From contig CAKVHZ010000005.1 in the NCBI GenBank assembly GCA_934754445.1, forward strand, positions 1 to 54,484: a stretch of DNA of 54,484 nucleotides, written 5' to 3'. The notes below the pieces were generated by a model. That model was given only the letters and a program-made list of their open reading frames with translations. It was not told where the DNA came from and did not search any database. The DNA is from an uncultured Clostridia bacterium. GTDB lineage: Bacteria > Bacillota > Clostridia > Christensenellales > UBA1242. Positions within the stretch are counted from its first letter, which is position 1. Each line of letters opens with the position of its first letter. Below, piece by piece: positions 18,956 to 27,065 of the stretch. The position numbers were made by a program, and so were the translations under genes.

Positions 18956-20239
18956 TTATTTATACGGATATATTTTTATATTTGCTTCAATATCACAAGC
19001 ATCTAAATAATCTTCTCCATAAAGGTTTAGTATTTTAATTAAGCCTTTTTTATTATATTTATAGAATTTATCATAAAACTTAAAAACATCTAATTTTTGT
19101 TGTTTGCAAAAGTTCAAACTGTTTTCTATTCTTTGTTTCATTTTTTCATTCATTTTTGCTCTTAATTCTTCTGTTAAAAAATTTTCATCGCTTACCATAA
19201 TCTTATGTGTTTTTGCATTTTTATCTACAACTTCACTAACAAAAGCGAATAAATTTATATCTGCTTTATAAACTAATCTATCATTTTTTATAACTGGTTT
19301 TATTTTTATTTTAGATGTTTCAATTTTAACTGTAACTGTGCTATCATAATAAAATTTATTATCTGTTACATTTTCAACCTTTATAATACCCTTAGATGTC
19401 CTTTTATTTAATAGACTAAATCCACTAGTTAATTTTTTATCAAGTTTAGTTACATAAACACCTTTCTTATAAACAGCACTTTCACCATTATTTTTAATTA
19501 AAGGTTCTACCGTTGCTTGTTTTTCTCCACCGCCAGAGCCTTGTCCGCCACCTTGACTACCACTATCGCTTCCACTACCACCACTTGCTCCACCACCACT
19601 TGCTCCACCACCTTGGGTTTTAGTATTTCCACTTTCTTCATCGGGTTCTTCTATAATAGGAATTATAGACACTTTTGAAAATGAAAAATAATCATTAAAA
19701 AAATTACCAATACTAGCAGTGTTAGAAGTTTCAATAATTTCATCGTTGTATGCCAAGTTGTTTTGTAAACTAGAACTAGAGTTATTATTAAGTTCGGCAG
19801 AAGTTTCCAGTATTTTTTTTGCTGTTTTATTTGATTGCAAAACTATTGTAGATAGTGTTATTTTTGAGTTGCGAAATAAATAGTCAAATATATTCATTAG
19901 GTCTTCACCTTTAACGCCGTCCCCTATAATTATTATGTTTGTATGCTCAAATCCAACAACTTTACCAAGTTTAATTCCTAAATTATTAACACATGCTTGA
20001 AAAGTATCGCCTTTATCTTCAACTATTTCAATATTTTCATTATTGCTTAGGTTACTTTGTGGGGTGATAAGTTGAAGTGCAACACTAAACTCATCTTCAC
20101 TTTTATCTATGCTAACTCCAGTTACTATTGCTCTTGTATCGGTTTGAGATGGTAAACCAATAGTGGTAGGTAACATGATTAAAAAGAATATAATTATTAT
20201 TATTGAATATTTATGCTTTTTAAAAAATTCTTTACTCAT
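18956..20239 (-). CDS. Germinant receptor C subunit (Ger(x)C family)
   Basis: Third position in a gerA-type operon and typical length. It carries an internal G/S-rich insert and has no lipobox Cys in the N-terminal 40 aa. Confidence 0.75.
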   Translation of the reverse strand: MSKEFFKKHKYSIIIIIFFLIMLPTTIGLPSQTDTRAIVTGVSIDKSEDEFSVALQLITPQSNLSNNENIEIVEDKGDTFQACVNNLGIKLGKVVGFEHTNIIIIGDGVKGEDLMNIFDYLFRNSKITLSTIVLQSNKTAKKILETSAELNNNSSSSLQNNLAYNDEIIETSNTASIGNFFNDYFSFSKVSIIPIIEEPDEESGNTKTQGGGASGGGASGGSGSDSGSQGGGQGSGGGEKQATVEPLIKNNGESAVYKKGVYVTKLDKKLTSGFSLLNKRTSKGIIKVENVTDNKFYYDSTVTVKIETSKIKIKPVIKNDRLVYKADINLFAFVSEVVDKNAKTHKIMVSDENFLTEELRAKMNEKMKQRIENSLNFCKQQKLDVFKFYDKFYKYNKKGLIKILNLYGEDYLDACDIEANIKIYPYK

Positions 20240-21327
20240 TTTTTTACTTTCTCCTTTTTGAAACTAGCAATAACTAAAACTATAGGCAAAAGCAAAACAA
20301 AACCTAGCACAAATACCCCTATTTTTTCGTAGAAGAATCTACTAACGGTGTAATTATTTATTTGTGGAATATATTTTGTTATAAAAAGTAACACAATAAC
20401 TGCTATACTTGTTATATTTCGTGATAGCCCTAAACTTTTTTCCATACAATAACTAATTGAATAGGTGCAAAAAGATGCTTGCATTATAATTAATGGTATC
20501 CAAAACACAGTTATAAAAACGTCTATCTTAAAGTAACCATACGTGTTATCTCTAAATTGTGTCATTTTAATTAAACTTTCTTGAACAAAAGGTGCCATCT
20601 TTCCTAACACTGCGACAAATAAAATATATAAACTTAAAACTATAGCAAAAATTACACATAAAGTGATTATTATTTTTAAAAAGAAATGTTTATCGCTACT
20701 TACCACATTTTCCATTAAAGTAAATAAAAATATATATGAACATGACTGAATTAAAATATTACTTAACCCTTTAATTAATGTTCCTGTTGTGTGATCAAAC
20801 AAGGGCAAAACATTTTCAAAATCAGCATTACCAAAACTTAAAAAGAACACAACAAGTAACGTAAGCATTGCAAAAGGCACAATTAGTTGATAACTACGAG
20901 CAATAGTTTTTATACCTTTAATGGAAATAAATATAAACATACAAAATACAGGTATAGTAAACAATAACCAATCTATATCAGCATAAATTGCATCATGCAG
21001 TAAAAAAGACATTTGATAATCTATTAAAAGTAGTTTAAAAGTAAAGACTAATCCTAGCATAAAAAGTAAAAGTTTAGTAATTTTATCTCCAAGTAAATTT
21101 TTTAATATATCATAAAAACTTTTCCCTGGATTTTTATTCATAACATAACAAATTAAAAGTGCTAAACTAAGATTTATTATTAATGCTATAAAACAAGTGA
21201 TAATACAGTCGTTACCAACTAATTGTGCTTGAATCGAATTTTCTAAAATAGGTCGCATAGATGTTAAAACCGCTAAGAGAATAACACATAATTGTGAACT
21301 ACTAATTTTACTATTTTTCGCCATCAT
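20236..21327 (-). CDS. Germinant receptor B subunit (spore germination permease, APC-like)
   Basis: 363 aa, ~10 TM, N-terminal ISSSQLCVILLAVLTSM. Overlaps both neighbouring genes. Confidence 0.8.
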   Translation of the reverse strand: MMAKNSKISSSQLCVILLAVLTSMRPILENSIQAQLVGNDCIITCFIALIINLSLALLICYVMNKNPGKSFYDILKNLLGDKITKLLLFMLGLVFTFKLLLIDYQMSFLLHDAIYADIDWLLFTIPVFCMFIFISIKGIKTIARSYQLIVPFAMLTLLVVFFLSFGNADFENVLPLFDHTTGTLIKGLSNILIQSCSYIFLFTLMENVVSSDKHFFLKIIITLCVIFAIVLSLYILFVAVLGKMAPFVQESLIKMTQFRDNTYGYFKIDVFITVFWIPLIIMQASFCTYSISYCMEKSLGLSRNITSIAVIVLLFITKYIPQINNYTVSRFFYEKIGVFVLGFVLLLPIVLVIASFKKEKVKK

Positions 21328-22807
21328 TTTTTGCCCCCTGTCTTATTTTATTTTTTTGCTTAATTCCCACTGGTCGATACTTATATGTTGTAATATTTCC
21401 TTTATAAAAAGCATCTTTAAAGTCACTACCATGATAAGGTGCTATTGGAGTCATATAGTCTGCCCCATAACTGTCAAAATCACATAGATATGCCACTATA
21501 AACAAAATTCCTACACAGACCCCCACAATACCAATCATTGTAGCCATAAGGGTTAATCCTAGCCTTAATAGGCGCATTACCGTTGTTCCTTCAGGTATTA
21601 AATATATGGCAATTGAACTTAACGCAACAATCATAATTGTAGGAGCACTCGCTAAATTACTTTTAACCGCTGTATCTCCTAAAATTAAGGCTCCTATTAT
21701 ATTAAACGAACTACCTAAAGATTTAGGTGTTCGCACACTCGCTTCATACAAAATTTCAAACATAAAAAATACAAACAATACTTCTATTGCTGGTGGCATA
21801 GGAATGTTTTGTGAACTATTAATAATGGTAACTAAAAATTTTAGTGGCAAGGCTTTGTAGTGATAAAGTTGAAGTGCTATGTAAATTCCCGGCATTGTAA
21901 TTGCAATAAACAAGCCAAAAAATCTTATAATTCTAACAAAGGTAACATTGTTGTTCTCTTCGTAATAATCGCCCCCGCTTTGTAAGTCTTCTAAAAGTAT
22001 AAACGGAAGAGTTAAAACAATAGGGCTTCCATCAACTATTATTGCAACTCTCCCCTCTAACATTTTTGCCGTTACTATATCTGGTTTTTCAGCAAAACCT
22101 ACTTGCTTAAAAATTGAAGTGGGGTATTCTTCTAAAAAATCTACTAAATAATAACTATCAATAATTCCGTCAATATCAATATTTTGTAGTCGTTGTTTAA
22201 TCTTTTTAACTATCTTTCTATCTGCAACTTTTGTTAAATATAAAATTGCAACTTTTGTTTTTGTAAATTTACCTATTTCTAAATTTTCTATTTTTAAATC
22301 GTTAGTAACAAGTCTTTTTCTTATCAAATTTATATTAGAATTAATATCTTCAATAAAACCTTCTCTTGGTCCACGAACAACATTATTATTCGGTGGCTCA
22401 ATAATCGCTCTTTTTTCTAATTTTTTTGTATTAATTATAATTGCATTTTCACAACCACTTATTAATAAAACTTTTTCGCCACGAGTTAGTTTTTCTATGT
22501 AATCTTCTTGTTTATTCGTTATTTCCATTTCGCCCGAACTTAAAACTCTTTTTGCAAGAAAATTAACAAAATCATCTTTTGTGCTTTCTTCATTTGTTAT
22601 TATCGTTTTATTTTTAAATTCATCATAGTTTAAATTGCTTTCTAAAATTGGTTTTAATATATCTTTGCTAATTACATCAAAATCAGCAAAAGATTGTAAA
22701 TATAAAAGTGCAAATTCTTTATCGAATGCATAAAAATTACGGACTTTTAGCCCTTCGTTATTTTTAAATGATTTTTTTATTTTTTCTACCTTACTTTTTA
22801 AATCCAT
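21311..22807 (-). CDS. Germinant receptor A subunit (GerAA family)
   Basis: AIIEPPNNNVVRGPREGFIEDINSNINLIRKRL signature plus a C-terminal TM bundle. Confidence 0.9.
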   Translation of the reverse strand: MDLKSKVEKIKKSFKNNEGLKVRNFYAFDKEFALLYLQSFADFDVISKDILKPILESNLNYDEFKNKTIITNEESTKDDFVNFLAKRVLSSGEMEITNKQEDYIEKLTRGEKVLLISGCENAIIINTKKLEKRAIIEPPNNNVVRGPREGFIEDINSNINLIRKRLVTNDLKIENLEIGKFTKTKVAILYLTKVADRKIVKKIKQRLQNIDIDGIIDSYYLVDFLEEYPTSIFKQVGFAEKPDIVTAKMLEGRVAIIVDGSPIVLTLPFILLEDLQSGGDYYEENNNVTFVRIIRFFGLFIAITMPGIYIALQLYHYKALPLKFLVTIINSSQNIPMPPAIEVLFVFFMFEILYEASVRTPKSLGSSFNIIGALILGDTAVKSNLASAPTIMIVALSSIAIYLIPEGTTVMRLLRLGLTLMATMIGIVGVCVGILFIVAYLCDFDSYGADYMTPIAPYHGSDFKDAFYKGNITTYKYRPVGIKQKNKIRQGAKNDGEK

Positions 22808-22904
22808 ATAATTATTTTTAATAAAATTTTAAAATTTATGTAAAATTAACTAGATATTTGACTTTAATCTGTTTTACATTATATAATTTAACAAAGGAGT
22901 TTGT

Positions 22905-23252
22905 ATGAAATATACATTAAAAGAACGTAAAAAATTATATGATGATGCAACAACATATTGGGGAAAACCTGCTCAGTATGACCAATTTATTGAAGAATCA
23001 TGCGAGCTTATTGTTGCTATAAATAAGTTTAAAAGAAAAAGTTTTTATGGAGAATACAAAAACGACGAAAGCATAGAAGAAAATTTAATTGAAGAATTAG
23101 CCGACACATATATGTGTTTAGAACAATTAATAGATTTTTCGGGTAAAGAAAAAGTTTTTAATAAATTAGATGAAAAATTAGATAAATTAAAAATGCAAAT
23201 AGAAAAACAAAAAGAGCGTAAAAATAAAAAATATAAGATTAAGAACAACTAA
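22905..23252 (+). CDS. Small all-alpha NTP pyrophosphohydrolase-like protein (MazG-like)
   Basis: EESCELIVAI and EELADTYMCLEQL resemble the paired acidic helices of MazG-type enzymes. GGAG RBS. Confidence 0.5.
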   Translation: MKYTLKERKKLYDDATTYWGKPAQYDQFIEESCELIVAINKFKRKSFYGEYKNDESIEENLIEELADTYMCLEQLIDFSGKEKVFNKLDEKLDKLKMQIEKQKERKNKKYKIKNN

Positions 23253-23314
23253 TTAAACTAAAAATTAATAATTAAATTTAATCAAAATAAAAAAAGAATA
23301 AAACTTTTCTAGAT

Positions 23315-23350
23315 AAAAAAAGTGAGAAGAATTAATCTTCTCACTTTTTT
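23315..23350. terminator. Bidirectional terminator between convergent genes
   Basis: AGTGAGAAGA attaa TCTTCTCACT flanked by A6 and T5. Confidence 0.75.
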
Positions 23351-23357
23351 AATATAT

Positions 23358-23972
23358 CTACGCAATTCTATAAATATTTAAATATGAAGCAGGCTCATCA
23401 GTTCCGCCTACTGTTACATTACTTGTTGCATTAGTTACAATATTCAATCTATCTCCCGCACTTAAATTTAAAATAACTGAGCCATTTGCTCCATTACTAT
23501 TACTCATTTGCTTCCCTGTTTCAGATATCTCGGTATCATTTTTAGCAAGCAATATATCATCAGTAGTTGCAGTTGTGCTAGTTCCAACACCATAACTTAC
23601 ATAATATAGTCCAGTTGTAGGAATTGTAACTGTATTATTTGATAAAGTAATATTATTGCTGGTTTCGGTAGTGGCTAGTGGAACAGAAGCGGTGTTAACA
23701 ATTGCTTGTGCTCCCGCAGTATAAAAACTACCATAAGTGTTAAAGTTTGTGCCGGTTGGACCTGTTGGACCCACCAAACCTTGTGGGCCTTGTGGACCAG
23801 TTGGGCCTGTTGCTCCTACGGGGCCTTGTGGACCAGTTGGACCTGTTGCTCCTGTAGGACCAGTTGGGCCAGTAGGCCCTGTTGGGTTTACAATTCTAGT
23901 TATATTTCTTACTGGAATGTCATAATTGTTATTACAACCACAGCAGTTATTGTTTCTAAACCAAAAAAACAT
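23358..23972 (-). CDS. Collagen-like (GXT repeat) protein with BclA-type C-terminal domain
   Basis: About 15 uninterrupted G-X-Y triplets ([43 protein letters not shown]). The C-terminal ~125 aa are patterned like the BclA jelly-roll ([11 protein letters not shown] ... SYLNIYRIA). N-terminal CCGC. Confidence 0.8.
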   Translation of the reverse strand: MFFWFRNNNCCGCNNNYDIPVRNITRIVNPTGPTGPTGPTGATGPTGPQGPVGATGPTGPQGPQGLVGPTGPTGTNFNTYGSFYTAGAQAIVNTASVPLATTETSNNITLSNNTVTIPTTGLYYVSYGVGTSTTATTDDILLAKNDTEISETGKQMSNSNGANGSVILNLSAGDRLNIVTNATSNVTVGGTDEPASYLNIYRIA

Positions 23973-24086
23973 AATTTTCTCCTTTGGGTGAATACACCTA
24001 TAACATAATATGTAGAAAGAAAAAATTGTGCTAATTTCCCGAAATTGAAAATTTTATAAGAAATTATAAATAATTTTTAAAAAAAT

Positions 24087-24115
24087 CTTGACAATTATTA
24101 AACTTTCATATATAA
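24087..24115 (+). promoter_or_regulatory. SigA-type promoter for tRNA-Glu
   Basis: TTGACA (24087-92), 17-nt spacer, TATAAT (24110-15), about 12 nt before the tRNA. Confidence 0.6.
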
Positions 24116-24127
24116 TATAAAAGTCTT

Positions 24128-24202
24128 GGTCCCATGGTCAAGCGGTTAAGACACCACCCTTTCACGGTGGTATCAGGGGTTCGATTCCCCTTGGGACTAC
24201 CA
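24128..24202 (+). tRNA. tRNA-Glu (UUC)
   Basis: Cloverleaf folded by hand. Acceptor GGTCCCA/TGGGACT, anticodon loop CTTTCAC, T-loop GGGGTTCGATTCCCC, encoded CCA. Confidence 0.9.
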
Positions 24203-24203
24203 A

Positions 24204-24229
24204 AGAGCGATAAAATCGCTCTTTTTTTT
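24204..24229 (+). terminator. Rho-independent terminator after tRNA-Glu
   Basis: AGAGCGA taaaa TCGCTCT followed by T7. Confidence 0.75.
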
Positions 24230-24363
24230 ACCCCTTGGGTAATCTCACTTCACGGGGTTCGGTTCTGTCGAACCCAGACCGCAACAAGTTGCTCCCGCTC
24301 GTCTACTAAAAATAACACACTGTGTTATTTTCTTCACGCACTCGCCCCCTTGGGACTACCAAA
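24230..24363 (+). repeat. G+C-rich block of tRNA-Glu-derived fragments ending in an exact 18-nt copy of the tRNA 3' end
   Basis: CCCCTTGGG at 24231..24239. CTTCACGGGGTTCGGTTC at 24248..24265 looks like anticodon loop plus T-arm. CCCCTTGGGACTACCAAA at 24346..24363 equals 24187..24204. Confidence 0.55.
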
Positions 24364-24393
24364 ATACTATATTTAGTATGTTTAACTTATTAT

Positions 24394-24421
24394 TCACTAC
24401 AATATATTGTGGTGATTTTTT
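24394..24421 (+). terminator. Terminator-like hairpin after the tRNA-fragment block
   Basis: TCACTACAAT / ATTGTGGTGA (one G-U pair) followed by T6. Confidence 0.5.
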
Positions 24422-24473
24422 AATAAAATAAAAAAAATATTTTTCAAGTGTGTCAAAAGGTGTGTAAAAATTG

Positions 24474-24662
24474 TTATTTCCTTTTTTTATGTTCTTTGTT
24501 AATATAACACTGGGCTTGATAACTTGAAATATTATTTGAAACTGAACATAATATATTTTTTACAACATTTAATTCGTCGTTGTCATACCTATCAACTAAA
24601 ATTAAACTTATGCTAGCAGATATTTTTATTATAGTTTCAGGGCATATATTTTTTAAATCCAT
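24474..24662 (-). CDS. Hypothetical small protein
   Basis: 62-aa track ORF lying 9 nt downstream of the 482-aa membrane protein gene. No motif recognised. Confidence 0.3.
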   Translation of the reverse strand: MDLKNICPETIIKISASISLILVDRYDNDELNVVKNILCSVSNNISSYQAQCYINKEHKKRK

Positions 24663-24670
24663 ACTAATAT

Positions 24671-26119
24671 TTATGATATTTCTTTTGAATTTGTCATTCT
24701 TTTTTTATTGATTAAATTTATGACAAAATAAACGAATTTTATTAACAAATATACAAGCACGCAGGCAAATACAAACACAACATATATCAGCAATTGAACT
24801 ACTGGATAAAATACTATATTACTACCTATTTTAAACTTTATATCAAATAGTGCTTTAATCCCCTTTATGACTTTTTCCGCTTTTACAGCATCAAACATAA
24901 ATAGATAATTTGCATGATAAAAATTATTGTTTGTTTTTAACGCTATTGCATTAAACGAAGTTCCTAAAATTAATACAATTAAAAAATAACAACAAAAACC
25001 TGCAAGACAATCTTTTAAAGCATTTTTATCTATTTTGTTAAATAATTTAAAACATAGTGCCAAAATAGGAATTATTATAATATTTGTGTGTTCTAATATA
25101 AAATGCATATTCCATAAATAAAACAAGCCTTTACCTTCTAAATCTGGAACAGCCAAAGCAAAAACCGCACCTGTCAAATTTACAATTACTGAAAAGTTAA
25201 ATAATTTTTGATTTCTAAATATTATTGATGCTAAAATTAAATATGCGCCAATATTACATAATTGAAGTGGTAGTCTCTCTATATTTATCGATACAGCACT
25301 AAACATTTCGTTATATTGTAAGAATAATGCAAAACTTAAAATTAAGCAAACAATATATTTAATTTCTTCGTCTTTATTCCTAAACATCAAATAAAGTGTA
25401 GTTAATTCAATTACTACAAACAATAGCCATAAAATATGTGGTAAACTCCAAGGTTTAAGCAATATGTTAGAATATCCAAACAAATGTTGTGGAACAAAAA
25501 TAGGAATTACAGCAAGGAAAATTGCCATAAAAATTAATAGGTTAAGAAAAAACTCTTTAATATTATTAAGTTTTATGTTCTTAAAGTCTTCAAAAAATAA
25601 TATTATAGATAAAATTAAAGGAATAATCCATGTAATAGCAAATATTATACTACGAAAAATAGGATTCAATAAAAAGTCTTTAACTCCTTGACTAATTACT
25701 GGAATAGAATTTAACCCCTTTCCTAAACTTGAAGTTGCGAACTCTAAAAATGTTGGAAAATAAATTAAATTTACAATAGTTAATAAAAAACAAAAATATA
25801 TAGCAATATTTTTTATATATTTATTTTTACAAAATACACTTATTGGAATAACAACAAAAGGAACATAGTTTGCCCATCTAACAAAAGCAAAAATTATATT
25901 TTTAGAGTTAGGAATATAACTTTCGTCATAAGATACGCTAAAAGCATCTGGAAGTAAAATTGATAAGAAAATTATAAAGCAATACACAACCGATAAAACT
26001 TTTAATATTTTATTAATTACAATTTTAAAATTATCATTATTTTTAAAAACAACAAATTTTAAAACTAAATAAATTGATATAATAATAAAAAAACTAAGTA
26101 AAAAAAATAAATAAAACAT
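24671..26119 (-). CDS. Polytopic integral membrane protein, unknown function
   Basis: 482 aa, at least 12 hydrophobic segments, no soluble domain. Confidence 0.6.
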   Translation of the reverse strand: MFYLFFLLSFFIIISIYLVLKFVVFKNNDNFKIVINKILKVLSVVYCFIIFLSILLPDAFSVSYDESYIPNSKNIIFAFVRWANYVPFVVIPISVFCKNKYIKNIAIYFCFLLTIVNLIYFPTFLEFATSSLGKGLNSIPVISQGVKDFLLNPIFRSIIFAITWIIPLILSIILFFEDFKNIKLNNIKEFFLNLLIFMAIFLAVIPIFVPQHLFGYSNILLKPWSLPHILWLLFVVIELTTLYLMFRNKDEEIKYIVCLILSFALFLQYNEMFSAVSINIERLPLQLCNIGAYLILASIIFRNQKLFNFSVIVNLTGAVFALAVPDLEGKGLFYLWNMHFILEHTNIIIIPILALCFKLFNKIDKNALKDCLAGFCCYFLIVLILGTSFNAIALKTNNNFYHANYLFMFDAVKAEKVIKGIKALFDIKFKIGSNIVFYPVVQLLIYVVFVFACVLVYLLIKFVYFVINLINKKRMTNSKEIS

Positions 26120-26242
26120 ATTTCCCCTTTAAATGTATAAAAAATTATATCAAAATATAAAGTATTATCAAAATAAAATATTCTTTAAAATAACTATATA
26201 CTTAAAATAATAAATATCAAATAAAAACAACTATATCATTAA

Positions 26243-26977
26243 ATGAATAAAATTTTAATATATTATTTTATGAAAAAAATAAAATTATTTTTAGTTTTTA
26301 TATTCTTTTTTAGTTTTTTGCTCTTATTTGGTTGTAAAGACAATACAAACATATTAGTTCAAGAAAAAATTAGCGAAGTTCGTTTTAATTTATTCACAAT
26401 AAGTAGTGATGAAATAAGTGTAAATTTTACTAGTGGGTTTAGAGAAAATCCTTATATATTAAATGGCAAAAGCGAAAACAAAAAAGAATTTGGCATTATA
26501 ACTGTTAAATTTTTAAAAGAGCAAGAAAACAAATCTTCGCTACCTAATTTTGTAATAACTATAAATGATATGGACTTTGATGGCGAATTTGAATTAAATC
26601 CTTTTGACCAAACATATGTTCAAGATGTTGAAACCTACGTTTTAGATGATAGTATCATTTTTATCAAAATAATGTGGGGAGATTATTCTTTTGAAGGAGA
26701 ATTAAAAAACCTTTCTAAGACTTTTAATTTAAGTTCAAAAAAAGCCTTAAATATTTTTATTAAAGAATATAATAAAAACATAAAAAATTTAATTAAAAAC
26801 AATATAGACTTTGAAGTATATGTAAAAATAATAAACGACCCAAGTATAAACCTAGATAAATATTATTTTTATGTATGTTTAATAACAACAAACGGCGAAA
26901 GTATGTCAGTAATTATTGACCCAAATTCTCAAGAAATATTAGCCAAAAATGAAAGTAAAAATCAAATTATTTTATAA
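26243..26977 (+). CDS. Putative lipoprotein
   Basis: Signal peptide ending in lipobox LLLFGC. Alternative start at the ATG at 26270 (MKKIKLF...). Confidence 0.6.
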   Translation: MNKILIYYFMKKIKLFLVFIFFFSFLLLFGCKDNTNILVQEKISEVRFNLFTISSDEISVNFTSGFRENPYILNGKSENKKEFGIITVKFLKEQENKSSLPNFVITINDMDFDGEFELNPFDQTYVQDVETYVLDDSIIFIKIMWGDYSFEGELKNLSKTFNLSSKKALNIFIKEYNKNIKNLIKNNIDFEVYVKIINDPSINLDKYYFYVCLITTNGESMSVIIDPNSQEILAKNESKNQIIL

Positions 26978-27065
26978 AATGATAAAAAAAATCTAGATTA
27001 ACCTTATTAATTAAATTAATTGTGTTTTTCTAGATTTTTCCTTTTTATTTATTTTGATTACATTA

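Noticed and set aside
23706-24008. Plus-strand ORFs 23706..24008 and 23737..25 (the latter a Pro/Gly/Val-rich 62-aa ORF, 23737..23925) opposite the collagen-like gene.
   Set aside because: They are an artefact of the GXY triplet repeat, which stays open in several frames on both strands. The minus-strand frame alone has the start, the BclA-like C-terminal domain and the terminator.
24134-24376. 80-aa track ORF spanning tRNA-Glu and the G+C-rich block.
   Set aside because: It runs through a bona fide tRNA and its terminator, and it is open only because the local G+C-rich sequence lacks stop codons.
22905-24421. Prophage or integrative element at tRNA-Glu (MazG-like gene, collagen-like gene, tRNA 3' direct repeat).
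   Set aside because: No integrase, recombinase, terminase, capsid or other phage gene is present. The direct repeats enclose only ~140 bp, and the MazG-like and collagen genes lie 5' of the tRNA, outside the repeats. Kept only as a possible scar.
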